DNA of 64,000 bases, taken from NCBI GenBank assembly GCA_022711765.1, contig JAKLEB010000002.1, positions 422,368 through 486,367 of the forward strand, written 5' to 3'. The notes beneath the pieces are model-generated. The model ran no database searches. It saw only the letters and a program-made list of their open reading frames with translations, and was not told where the DNA came from. The position numbers and the translations under genes were made by a program. Shown here piece by piece: positions 50,519 through 59,934 of this stretch (position 1 is the stretch's first letter; each line of letters opens with the position of its first letter). The DNA is from Candidatus Krumholzibacteriota bacterium (lineage in GTDB: Bacteria > Krumholzibacteriota > Krumholzibacteriia > LZORAL124-64-63).

Positions 50519-50633
50519 GCACCGCGGCGGCGCGTAAGCGATTCGTCCTTTGACAGGCGGCGGCCGATCCTCCAGATTCGCCGCGACGACCCGTCCCGCG
50601 CCGACCGCGGCCGGATTCACCATTCCCGCGAAG

Positions 50634-51767
50634 ATGTCGATGACGATCGCTCGCCTCGGATCCGTCTGCCTCCTCGCCCTGGCCGCCGGGGCGACGGCGC
50701 CCTGTGTCCGCGCGCAACCGGCGGCGGACGCGGCTGTTCCCGTCGAGGAATACTACTTCTACCACGCCCGGGATTACGGCTCCGAGAGCCTGGTCAACCC
50801 CCTGCGCCTGATCACGAACGGCGGCTTCGGCATCCTGCAGATCGAGAGCCGCTCGAACCAGCTCGATGAGATCCACTGGCGCGACGGCTGGCGGAATCTC
50901 TGGAAGAACCTCGGCAGCCCGCTCGCGGCGATCGAGCAGAAGGGCTGGTGGGACTTCCTCTCGACCGAGGTCATCCCGGTCAGCATCAACGGCGGGAACG
51001 CCCAGTACTGGCCGAACTACATGAACCACCTGCTCGGCGGCGGCATGAGCTATCGCCTGATGCGCGAGTGGTACCGTTACCACGGAGTCCGCGGCGAGGT
51101 CCCCTGGGCCCTGGCCACGCTCGCCGCCTACCACGTCCTGAACGAGACGGTCGAGATGGACGACAAGACGGGCTGGCGGGTCGACCCCATCGCGGACATG
51201 TACATCTTCAACGTGGCGGGCGTCCTGGTCTTCTCCTCCGACGGCGTCTGTCGTTTCTTCGCCCGGACGCTGCACCTGGCGGACTGGTCGCTGCAGCCGT
51301 TCTACGACCCGCGGCGCGGGAGGCTCGAGAACGCCGGCCAGAACTACATGATCCGCCTCGGCCTGCGCCGCGAGTCGCCGTGGTACCTGTTCTATCACTG
51401 GGGCAACAGCGGCGAGCTGGGTCTCTCGCGCCGGCTCGGCGGCGGCCACCACCTCAGCGGCGGCGCGGGCTTCGTCGCCAAGAACCTGCGGGACGTCGAC
51501 GGCATCAGCGAGACCGTGGACCTCGCGACGACCTTCGGCCTCTTCTGGGACCGCGACGGGAGCCTGCTGGCCTCGGCGCTCTACTCGCGCGAGAAAGACA
51601 ACCGCTGGCGTTTCAACCTGTATCCGGGAGTCCTGGAGGTGGGGCCGCTGCGCCCGGGCCTGACCTTCATCGTGAGCCGGCAGAACGACCTGATCGCGGG
51701 CGTCACGTTCGGCAGCGTGCCGATGGTGCCGGTGGGCCTGGGGGCGAAGGTCGGCGACAATCCCTGA
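50634..51767 (+). CDS. Hypothetical exported/outer-membrane protein (DUF3943-like, uncertain)
   Basis: Signal peptide, NYMNHLLGGGMSYR helix, then beta-strand-rich C-terminal half. Confidence 0.55.
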   Translation: MSMTIARLGSVCLLALAAGATAPCVRAQPAADAAVPVEEYYFYHARDYGSESLVNPLRLITNGGFGILQIESRSNQLDEIHWRDGWRNLWKNLGSPLAAIEQKGWWDFLSTEVIPVSINGGNAQYWPNYMNHLLGGGMSYRLMREWYRYHGVRGEVPWALATLAAYHVLNETVEMDDKTGWRVDPIADMYIFNVAGVLVFSSDGVCRFFARTLHLADWSLQPFYDPRRGRLENAGQNYMIRLGLRRESPWYLFYHWGNSGELGLSRRLGGGHHLSGGAGFVAKNLRDVDGISETVDLATTFGLFWDRDGSLLASALYSREKDNRWRFNLYPGVLEVGPLRPGLTFIVSRQNDLIAGVTFGSVPMVPVGLGAKVGDNP

Positions 51768-51795
51768 GCCGTGACGGCCCCGCCGCGCAATGCGA

Positions 51796-51821
51796 ACCGC
51801 CGCCCCCGAGGGAGCGGCGGT
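51796..51821. terminator. Hairpin between convergent genes
   Basis: ACCGCCGC-N10-GCGGCGGT. Confidence 0.5.
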
Positions 51822-51846
51822 CGGATTCGAGGCGAGGTCGTCGTCC

Positions 51847-52227
51847 CTACCAGCCCTGGCTGCTCTCCAGCTTCTCCTGGGCCTTCACGCTCAGGCGCGC
51901 CGTGGGCAGGGCGCGCAGGCGGTCGAGCCCGATCGGTTCGCCGGTCATCTCGCAGATCCCGTACGTGCCGTCCTCGATGCGCTGGAGCGCCTCGTCGATC
52001 TCGCGCAGGTATTCCATCTGGGTCGCCGAGAGCAGCAGCTTGGTCTCGTACTCGGCCTCGTCGCTGCCCTGGTCCGCGAGGTGATTGCTGTGGGCGCGCC
52101 CGGCGCCACTCTCCGACTCGCCGTCGGCATGGCGAATGGCCTTCTCGTTCCGCTGCACGTCCTTGAGCAAGCGCGCGCGCTCGTTCAAGAGGATCTCGCG
52201 GAACTTCGCCAGGTTTCTCTTGTCCAT
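51847..52227 (-). CDS. DksA/TraR family transcription factor, one-Cys type
   Basis: HLADQGSD coiled-coil tip, EIDEALQRIEDGTYGICEMTGEPI..RL.ALP.ARLSVKA; AGGAGG RBS. Confidence 0.88.
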   Translation of the reverse strand: MDKRNLAKFREILLNERARLLKDVQRNEKAIRHADGESESGAGRAHSNHLADQGSDEAEYETKLLLSATQMEYLREIDEALQRIEDGTYGICEMTGEPIGLDRLRALPTARLSVKAQEKLESSQGW

Positions 52228-52373
52228 GGCTCCTCCTGGAAAACACCGGGGTCCGGGGCGAATCGTGACCCGGGGGCGATAGATTAATCGCTGGCGGCGG
52301 GTTCGCAAGGTCGAATCGCGTTCCATTGACAGGGTCGGTATCGATCGTCGGCGGGACGGGGCCCGGCGGGAGG

Positions 52374-53309
52374 CTAGATGCCGCCGCCGAAGAGGCTGCC
52401 CACCCGGCGGATCGCCTGCGCGACCGGCGATTGCCGCAGCGCCCAGAGCCGCTCGAGTTCCGGGAGCGCGGCCCGGGCGGCCTCGTACCCGATGTCGCGA
52501 ATCGCTTCGCCCGACCGGAAATCGGCCCAGTGGTAGAGCTCGAGGCCGGGTCGGATGAGCAGGTCGGCCTGCGCGCACACGAAATCGTTGAGCCGATCCA
52601 GCGCGACCGCGTTGCTGCGCATACCCAGGTCGAAGCCCGTGCGCAACTCGTGCTCGTGATAGGCGGGGATGTCGACCGCGACCACGAAGTCCGCGCCGAG
52701 GTCGCGCACCGCCTCGACCGGGACGCGGAAAGGCCCGCCGCCGTCGACGATCACCATCGCGCCGCGCACGACGGGCGGGAACACCCCGGGGATCGCGCAG
52801 CTCGCATACAGGCCCTCGAGCAGCGAGCCTTCGCGCTGGGCGACCATCCTGCCCGTGGTGAGGTCCAGGGCCACCGCCGCGAACGGTACCTTCAACTCCG
52901 CGAACGACCCGGTGCCGGCGAACAGGCGGGCCAGCGGGTCGTACAGGCGCGCGCGGGACTCGGCGGCGCGCAGGGCCACGGCCTTGACCGCGATGCGGCC
53001 GCGGTGCATGAAGTCGAAGAGGCCGTCCCAGCGGCGGGCGCCTTCGCGGTCCTCGGCCGTGCGGCGGGGCAGGAAGGTCGCCCAGTGGTCGGCGAACTCG
53101 CGGTCCTCGACGTAGGCGACGAGGTGCTGCCACGTGGCGGCCGGGTCGGGATCCCGGGCGTAGAGCGCCCCGACGATCGCGCCCATGCTCGTGCCCGCGA
53201 TGGCGTCGACCGGCAGGCCGGCCTCGTGGATCGCCTGCAACACGCCGCAATGAGCGAGGCCGCGAGCGCCGCCGCTGCCGAGCGCAAGGCCGAGGAGGGG
53301 TCGGTTCAT
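52374..53309 (-). CDS. Patatin-like phospholipase
   Basis: LGSGGARGLAHCGV, AGTSMGA, SCAIPGVF, VDGGG. Confidence 0.92.
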   Translation of the reverse strand: MNRPLLGLALGSGGARGLAHCGVLQAIHEAGLPVDAIAGTSMGAIVGALYARDPDPAATWQHLVAYVEDREFADHWATFLPRRTAEDREGARRWDGLFDFMHRGRIAVKAVALRAAESRARLYDPLARLFAGTGSFAELKVPFAAVALDLTTGRMVAQREGSLLEGLYASCAIPGVFPPVVRGAMVIVDGGGPFRVPVEAVRDLGADFVVAVDIPAYHEHELRTGFDLGMRSNAVALDRLNDFVCAQADLLIRPGLELYHWADFRSGEAIRDIGYEAARAALPELERLWALRQSPVAQAIRRVGSLFGGGI

Positions 53310-53343
53310 CGGGGGTGCTCCGGGGCTGGGACGCTTGGCGAGG

Positions 53344-53372
53344 ATGGTACAGCCGCCGGCCGCGATTGCCAA
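53344..53372 (-). promoter_or_regulatory. Sigma70-type promoter of the patatin gene; a divergent TATAAT at 53400-53405 may serve the S8 gene
   Basis: Minus strand TTGGCA-17 bp-TACCAT. Confidence 0.55.
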
Positions 53373-53454
53373 GGGCAGCCGCGCCCGCCCGTTCTTTAGT
53401 ATAATGATCCATCGAGGGGGGTGGACGATGTCCCCGTCGCCGGAGACCCTGGCC

Positions 53455-56400
53455 GTGAAGAGGTTCTTGCTCGCGTGCGCGCTCGCCTCCGTGGTCGTGC
53501 CGGCGCTGGCCCAGGAGTTGCCGGCCGGCGTCGCCGGACGCCTCGCGCGGGCGCTCGCCGACCCCGGCGGGACCATGCGGCACGCGGATGGCTCGTACGC
53601 GGTCTGGGTCCGCTTCACCGACAGGGCGATCGCGGCCGACCGGCTGGCCGGCGCCCTCGCCGCCGCCGAGGCGGCGCTGCCCGCGCGCACCCTGGCGCGC
53701 CGCGCCAAGGTGGCGCGCCCCGGTGAACGGACCGTCGACGCGCGAGACCTGCCGGTCGCGCCCGCGTACCTGGCGGCGGTCGCGGCCACGGGCGCACGGT
53801 TGCGGCACGAGTCGCGCTGGCTGAACGCCGCGAGCGTCGACGCGGATCGCGACCAGATCGCGGCCATCGCGCGGTTGCCGTTCGTCGCCTCGGTCGACCT
53901 CGTCGCGCGCTTCCGCCGGCCGGCCCCCCCGGCCGAACCCGCGGAGCGCGAAGCGGCGCGGCAGGCGGCCGAGACGGCGAGGGCCGCGTCCAGTGAACAC
54001 TGGACCCTGGGCTATGGCGGCAGCCTCGCCGGTCTCGAGCAGATCAACGTGCCGCCGGTGCACGAGCTCGGCGTGACCGGCCAGGGTGTCGTGATCGGCC
54101 TGCTCGACTCGGGGTTCCGGACCACCCACGAGGCGCTCGCGGGGATCTCCGTGCTCGCGCGGCACGATTTCGTCCAGGACGACGACGTGGTCGAGAACGA
54201 GCCCGGCGACGGGCCGAACCAGCACGACCACGGCACCAGGACCCTGTCTCTCGTGGCGGGATTCCGCGCCGGCAGGCTCGCGGGCGCGGCCTTCGGGGCC
54301 AGCGTGATCCTGGCCAAGACGGAGGACGTCTCGCACGAGGCGCCGATCGAGGAGGACCGGTGGGTGGCGGGCCTGGAATGGGTCGAGCGGCTCGGGGCGG
54401 ACGTGGTGACCAGCAGCCTCGGCTACCACGACTGGTACGAGTTCGCCGACCTGGACGGCAACACCGCCGTGACCACGATCGCCGCCGACCTCGCCGCGGG
54501 CCGCGGCCTGGTCGTGGTAAACGCCGCCGGCAACGAGCGCCGCACCAGCTTCGGACACCTCATCGCGCCGGCCGACGGCGACAGCGTGATCGCGGTCGGC
54601 GCGGTCAACCTGGCCGGCGCGGTCGCGAACTTCAGCTCGCCGGGCCCGACCTTCGACGGCCGCATCAAGCCGGACGTCGTGGCGCAAGGCGTCGCCAACC
54701 ACGTCGCCTCCGCGATCACCGACGACGACTACGCGACGGCCGACGGCACGAGCTACTCGTGCCCCCTGGCCGCGGGGGTCGCGGCCCTCGTCCTCGCGCG
54801 CGTGCCGCAGCTGACGCCCCTGCAGGTCCACGAGGCGCTGCGGATGACCGCCGACCGCGCGGACGCTCCCGACAACGACTACGGCTGGGGCGTTCTCGAC
54901 GCGCTCGCCGCCGTGACCTACTGGGGCGCGTCGATCGACCACGCCCCGCTCGCGGACACCGAGGATACGGTGGGACCGTACGTCGTCGCGGCCAGGATCA
55001 CCGGCCGCCTGCCGGTCGACCCCGCGCGGATGTTCGCGGCCTGGCGCGCGGGCGACGGGGCGTGGCAGTCGGCGCCGCTCGTCGAGTCCAGCGGCGGGCG
55101 CTGGCACGCCCTGTTGCCTGGCCAGCCGGGCGGGACCGAGGTCGCGTACTACCTCGAGGTCACCGACAGCGCCGGCATCACGATGCGGTCGCCCGCGGCG
55201 GGCGCCGCGGCCCCTCTCGTCTTCACGGTCGGGCCGGATGAGACGCCGCCGGCGGTCGCGCACGCGCCGCTCGGCGATCAGCCCCTCGCGATCTGGCCGC
55301 CCCTGGTGTCGGCGATCGTCACGGACAACCTGGGGGTCGAGCGCGTCGAGCTGCATTTCACGCGCAATGGCGGCGCTGAGCAGGGACCGTACCCGCTCGC
55401 CGGCGCCGGCGACGTCTACGCGCGCGCGTTCCCGCTCGCCGCCGGCCAGGTCGCGGTCGGCGACGCGATCAGCTACCGGGTGGACGCCTGGGACCGCGCG
55501 GAGGTCCCCAACCGCACGACGAGCGGCCCGCACGCGTTCTCCGTCGTCTCGACCCGGGGCGTCGTCCTCGTGATCGACGACAGCGACGCGGGCGTTCGCG
55601 ACGAGAAGGTCGACGAGCGGAAGGCCGTGGTGTCCGCGCAGGTCGGCCGATCCTCGGCGGCCGAGTTCGCGCAATGGCTGGTCGAGGCCGGTTACACGGT
55701 GGAGGTGATCCCGGCCGGTGCGGTCACGCCGGAGAGCTTCGCCGGCTTCGAGGTCGTGGTCCATTCGGCCGGCAATTCGCCCGCGCCGCTGGCGAGCCCG
55801 GCCCTGCGCGAGGCGCTCATCGGCTGGACCGCCGGCGGCGGCCGCATCCTCGTCGAGGGCGGCGAGGTCGGCTACGACGTGCTCAGCTTCCCTGGCTACC
55901 CCGCGTTCGCCGATTCCGTCCTCCACGCGGGCGCCTGGCGGACCGACGCCGCCGGGGCCCTGCAGGTCGTGCCGGCTCAGGCGGGCCACCCGCTGCTGAA
56001 CCTGCCGCACGCGCTGCCGGCCGCCATTCCGCTCAGTTACGGCGGCTACGGCGACCAGGACGCGGTCGACCCCGCGGCCGGCGCGACGGTGGTCTTCGCG
56101 CCGGTGGTCCATCCGGCGTCCGCGGGCGTGCTCATCCACGACGACAACGAGGCTCCGGCCGCCGGTCAGGTCGTCTACTTCGCGTTCAACGTGCGCGCGA
56201 TCGGCGCGGAGACGGGCCGCCAGCTCGCCGAGAACGCCGTCGCTTACCTCCTGGCGGCGGAGGCGCCGCCGACGGCCTCGATCGCCGGTACGGTCGAGCT
56301 GCCGGGCGCCGGCGACGCGGCGGGCGTGGTCGTGAGCTGCGGGCCTGGCCACAGCGTCGTGACCGGACCGGACGGCTCGTACCTGCTCGATTCGCTCTAC

Positions 56401-57210
56401 GGCGGCGACTACGTCGTCACCGCGAGCAGGCCGGGCTACGCCACGGGGACCGCTGCCGTCAGCCTCGACGAGGGGGAGCAGCTCGCCGGGGTCGACTTCA
56501 TGCTCGTGCCGGTCGCCGAGGTCCACGTGGCGGCCGCGCCTCATCAGGAGATCCCCGACAACAGCGGACCCGGTCTGACGAGCCAGATCATGGTCGACGT
56601 GAGCGGCGAGCTGGTCGACGTCACGGTCGACATCGAGCTGGCGCATACCTGGATCGGCGACCTCGTCGTGCGCCTGACGAGCCCGGCCGGCACCGAGGTC
56701 ACGCTGCACAACCGGTCCGGCGGCAGCATGAACGACATCGTCGGCACCTGGCCGACCACGCTCTCGGTCGACGGCCCCGGCACGCTCGCGGATTACCTCG
56801 GCGAGGAGATCCACGGTCTCTGGACGCTCCTGGTCAGCGACCAGGCGAGCAACGACACCGGCACGCTCCACGTCTGGGGCCTGAACTTCCTGGTGCCGCA
56901 GCCGCCGGTGTCGCCGACCGAGACCCTGCCGTCGGCGACGCGGCTGGTGGGTTGCGTCCCCAATCCGTTCAATCCGCTGACCGAGGTCGTCTTCGACCTG
57001 GCCCGCGGCGGTCCGGTCCAGCTCGCCGTCTACGACCTGCGTGGTCGCCTCGTGCGCCGGCTGCTGGACGATGCGGTCGAGCCGGGCCGCCATCGCCTGC
57101 GCTGGGACGGCCGCGACGAGGGCGGCCGCGAGACGCCGAGCGGGGTCTACGTCTGCCGGTTCCGCGGGGATGGCACGACCGAGCGGTACAAGCTGACGCT
57201 GGTGCGGTAG
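53455..57210 (+). CDS. Large secreted multidomain S8 peptidase (Ig-like, carboxypeptidase-regulatory-like, P-domain, FlgD-Ig CTD)
   Basis: LLDSGF, DHGTRT, GTSYSCP; P-domain HTWIGDLVVRLTSPAG; VPNPFNP..WDGRDEGG; start GTG 53455 or ATG 53428. Confidence 0.9.
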   Translation: MKRFLLACALASVVVPALAQELPAGVAGRLARALADPGGTMRHADGSYAVWVRFTDRAIAADRLAGALAAAEAALPARTLARRAKVARPGERTVDARDLPVAPAYLAAVAATGARLRHESRWLNAASVDADRDQIAAIARLPFVASVDLVARFRRPAPPAEPAEREAARQAAETARAASSEHWTLGYGGSLAGLEQINVPPVHELGVTGQGVVIGLLDSGFRTTHEALAGISVLARHDFVQDDDVVENEPGDGPNQHDHGTRTLSLVAGFRAGRLAGAAFGASVILAKTEDVSHEAPIEEDRWVAGLEWVERLGADVVTSSLGYHDWYEFADLDGNTAVTTIAADLAAGRGLVVVNAAGNERRTSFGHLIAPADGDSVIAVGAVNLAGAVANFSSPGPTFDGRIKPDVVAQGVANHVASAITDDDYATADGTSYSCPLAAGVAALVLARVPQLTPLQVHEALRMTADRADAPDNDYGWGVLDALAAVTYWGASIDHAPLADTEDTVGPYVVAARITGRLPVDPARMFAAWRAGDGAWQSAPLVESSGGRWHALLPGQPGGTEVAYYLEVTDSAGITMRSPAAGAAAPLVFTVGPDETPPAVAHAPLGDQPLAIWPPLVSAIVTDNLGVERVELHFTRNGGAEQGPYPLAGAGDVYARAFPLAAGQVAVGDAISYRVDAWDRAEVPNRTTSGPHAFSVVSTRGVVLVIDDSDAGVRDEKVDERKAVVSAQVGRSSAAEFAQWLVEAGYTVEVIPAGAVTPESFAGFEVVVHSAGNSPAPLASPALREALIGWTAGGGRILVEGGEVGYDVLSFPGYPAFADSVLHAGAWRTDAAGALQVVPAQAGHPLLNLPHALPAAIPLSYGGYGDQDAVDPAAGATVVFAPVVHPASAGVLIHDDNEAPAAGQVVYFAFNVRAIGAETGRQLAENAVAYLLAAEAPPTASIAGTVELPGAGDAAGVVVSCGPGHSVVTGPDGSYLLDSLYGGDYVVTASRPGYATGTAAVSLDEGEQLAGVDFMLVPVAEVHVAAAPHQEIPDNSGPGLTSQIMVDVSGELVDVTVDIELAHTWIGDLVVRLTSPAGTEVTLHNRSGGSMNDIVGTWPTTLSVDGPGTLADYLGEEIHGLWTLLVSDQASNDTGTLHVWGLNFLVPQPPVSPTETLPSATRLVGCVPNPFNPLTEVVFDLARGGPVQLAVYDLRGRLVRRLLDDAVEPGRHRLRWDGRDEGGRETPSGVYVCRFRGDGTTERYKLTLVR

Positions 57211-57291
57211 CGAGATCTCGTCGACGGGTAGACGGCCGCGCGCGGCGGCCGTATCCTGCCGGGACGCGAGACGCCCAGCGGGAGGTTGACC

Positions 57292-58188
57292 GTGACCCGC
57301 AGCGAGAAGATCCTGATCGTGATCGCTCTGTCGACCGCCGCCGCCGGGATCTGCGGCGCCCAGGTCGGCGGGGAAGGAGCGGCGTTGGACCTCCTGTTCA
57401 TCCACCACTCCTGCGGCGGCCAGCTGCTCGCCGACCAGGGACCGCTCGCCGGTGGCGGGCGCGATTCCGCCGAGCGCTGCATCCACGAGAGCCACCCCAA
57501 CGGCGGCGGCCTGCGCGCGCAGCTCGAGCAGGCCGGGTACCGGGTCCACGAGGCGAGTTACGGGTCCGTGATCGGCGAGGACACCGACGTCTGCCACTGG
57601 CGCGACAAGTTCGCCACGCAGATGGACCGCATCCTGCGCACCGAACGGCAGGACAGTCTGTTGCCCGAGGGCAGGACCAACCGGATCGTCTGCTTCAAGA
57701 GCTGCTTCCCCAACAACGGCTTCACGGCCCGCGGCGAGGAGCCCGGCGACCCCGACGCCTGCGAGCGGACCGTCGCCAACGCGAAAGCCGCCTACCGAGC
57801 GGTGCTGCCCCTGCTGCGCGAGCGGCCGGACGTGCTGTTCGTCGCGTTCACGGCGCCGCCGCTCGCCGAGCCGAAGCCGGCCGGTCTGGGCGCGACGATC
57901 AAGAGCTGGTTCAAGGGCAAGGACAGGAGCGGCGAGCTCGCTCGCGAGTTCGCCACCTGGCTCGCCGATCCCCAGCGGGGCTGGCTGGCGGGCTACGACC
58001 TGCCCAACGTCGTCGTCTTCGACCACTACGACGTCCTGACCCGGCACGGCGCGACCGACTACGCGGCGTTCGCGACGCACGGCGGCCGCGACAGCCATCC
58101 CAGCAGCGATGGCAACCGGCAGGCCGCGGCGGCGTTCGTGCCGTTCCTCGCCTCGGCGGTGTCGGCGATGGGCTGGCCGACCCCGTGA
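57292..58188 (+). CDS. Exported SGNH-like hypothetical protein
   Basis: Signal peptide, FIHHSCG, FKSCFPNN, RDSHP (DxH); start 57286 or 57292. Confidence 0.5.
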   Translation: MTRSEKILIVIALSTAAAGICGAQVGGEGAALDLLFIHHSCGGQLLADQGPLAGGGRDSAERCIHESHPNGGGLRAQLEQAGYRVHEASYGSVIGEDTDVCHWRDKFATQMDRILRTERQDSLLPEGRTNRIVCFKSCFPNNGFTARGEEPGDPDACERTVANAKAAYRAVLPLLRERPDVLFVAFTAPPLAEPKPAGLGATIKSWFKGKDRSGELAREFATWLADPQRGWLAGYDLPNVVVFDHYDVLTRHGATDYAAFATHGGRDSHPSSDGNRQAAAAFVPFLASAVSAMGWPTP

Positions 58189-59294
58189 CCGGGCCGGTCG
58201 CCATCATCGCCGCCGGCGAGCTCTTCGGCGGTGCCGAGCGCCACGTCCTGGGCCTCGGCGCCTTCCTGCGCGGCGCCGGCCTCGACCCGCGCGTCATCCT
58301 GTTCCACGACCGCGAGCTCGCGGCGCGCTGCCGGGACGGGGGATTGCCGGTCGACGTGCTGCCGGCGACCTCGGCGCTGGATCCGGCGGGACCGCGCCGG
58401 CTCGGGGCGCTCTGCGCGGACCTCGGCGTTCGCCTCGTCCACGTGCACGGCTACAAGGCCGCAGCCAACGCGGCGCTCGCGCCGGGACGCTTCGCGATGG
58501 TCTCGACCCTGCACGGCCAGGGCGAGCCCGACTGGCGCCGGCCGCGGGAATTCCTCCGGGACCGTCTGTACCGCAACCTCGAGGTCCAGGCCTGCCGACG
58601 TCGGCGCGCCGCGGTATGCTTCGTGACCGAGGATCTGCGGCGGCGGCACGGCCGGCGGTACGGCGCGTTGCCGCTCTTCACGGTCCCCAACGGCATCGCG
58701 CCGCTCGAACCCGAGGATTACCCGCAACGGCCGCCGGACCTGCCGCCCGACCGGTTGCACGCGGTGATGGTCGGCCGGCTCACGCCGGTGAAGGGCATCG
58801 ATCTTGCGCTCGCCGCCCTGGCGGCCGCGCCACCCGAGGTGCCGTGGCACCTGGACGTGATCGGCGACGGGAAGCTCCGCGACGCGCTGGAAGCCCAGGC
58901 GCGCGAGCTGGGCGTGGGCGATCGCGTCACGTTCCACGGGTTCCGCCGGGACGTCTACGCGGTGCTCGCCCACAGCGACCTCCTGGTGATGTCGTCGCAT
59001 CACGAGGGGCTGCCCTATACGCTGCTGGAGGCGATGTCGCTCGGCTTGCCGACCCTCGCCTCCGACGTCGGCGGACTCGCCGAGGTGTTGCGCCACGAGG
59101 AAACGGGTCTCCTCGTGCCGGTGGGCGATGTCGCTGGCCTCGCGGCGGCGCTCGCCCGGCTCGGCCGCGACGCCGAGCTACGCCGGCGCCTGGGCCGGAA
59201 CGCCGCGCTCCGCCAGCGCCGAGACTATACCCTGCAGGCGATGGGCGAAGGATACCTCGCCGCCTACCGCGCGTCAGCCGGCACCTTGCGGTAG
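58185..59294 (+). CDS. Glycosyltransferase family 4
   Basis: GGAERHV, VPNGI, GRLTPVKG, GDG, FHGFRRD, SSHHEGLPYTLLEAM; GTGA overlap with upstream gene. Confidence 0.92.
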   Translation: MTGPVAIIAAGELFGGAERHVLGLGAFLRGAGLDPRVILFHDRELAARCRDGGLPVDVLPATSALDPAGPRRLGALCADLGVRLVHVHGYKAAANAALAPGRFAMVSTLHGQGEPDWRRPREFLRDRLYRNLEVQACRRRRAAVCFVTEDLRRRHGRRYGALPLFTVPNGIAPLEPEDYPQRPPDLPPDRLHAVMVGRLTPVKGIDLALAALAAAPPEVPWHLDVIGDGKLRDALEAQARELGVGDRVTFHGFRRDVYAVLAHSDLLVMSSHHEGLPYTLLEAMSLGLPTLASDVGGLAEVLRHEETGLLVPVGDVAGLAAALARLGRDAELRRRLGRNAALRQRRDYTLQAMGEGYLAAYRASAGTLR

Positions 59295-59773
59295 CGCAAC
59301 GTGACGAGTGCGAGCCAGCCCAGCACGAACCCGGCGTAGACCGCGAGGTCGAGCCAGAAACCCTCCAGGCTCGCCGCGCGGCCCAGGTTCACGCGCACGG
59401 TGCGGTGGAAGTAGTCGAAGATCAGCAGCTGGGACGCGGCGCCGAGCCAGAGCAGCCGGGCCGTCAGATCGAGGCGGGTCAGGCGCTCGCGCTCGGCGGC
59501 GAACCACCACGCTCGATGCGGCAGGTTGAGCCAGCGCGCGGGCGTCTTCAGGACGAGCCCGGCCAGGATCAGGAACGCGGCCGCGACCGCGACGATCACG
59601 GTGAGGTGGACGTCGATGAGGGTGTCGCGGGCGGTCAAGGCGACGGGGACTCCGGTCAGGTCGAAACGGCTCGCGACCTCGTCGGGCAGCTGGATGGAGG
59701 AGCAGAGGGTGTGGCAGAGGCCGAGCGCGACGGACACCCCGAAGGCCAGGCTGGCGAGGTGGCGACGGTCCAT
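59264..59773 (-). CDS. DUF1648/SdpI-like membrane protein
   Basis: LPDEVASRFDLTGVP, WLNLPHRAWW; three to four TM segments. Confidence 0.65.
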   Translation of the reverse strand: MDRRHLASLAFGVSVALGLCHTLCSSIQLPDEVASRFDLTGVPVALTARDTLIDVHLTVIVAVAAAFLILAGLVLKTPARWLNLPHRAWWFAAERERLTRLDLTARLLWLGAASQLLIFDYFHRTVRVNLGRAASLEGFWLDLAVYAGFVLGWLALVTLRYRKVPADAR

Positions 59774-59934
59774 GGGCGATCTCCATCGTGCGTGGGCGTC
59801 GGTCGGGGGCCGAGCATCGCGACTACCCGGCGCGGGCGGCGATTGTTCCCGGCGGATTGACCGCCGTCCCCCCGCCCGGTAACCTGTCACCTCGCGGCGC
59901 CGGATGCCGTCCGGCGGGAACGGAGAGCGACACC

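Noticed and set aside
45335-50623. 1762-aa minus-strand ORF
   Set aside because: Antisense/alternate-frame shadow of leuS, kamA and the OMP gene; Arg/Ala/Gly-rich with no motifs, typical at high GC
51847-58098. 2083-aa minus-strand ORF
   Set aside because: Only the last 126 codons (DksA, own RBS at 52227) are real; the rest shadows the S8 gene
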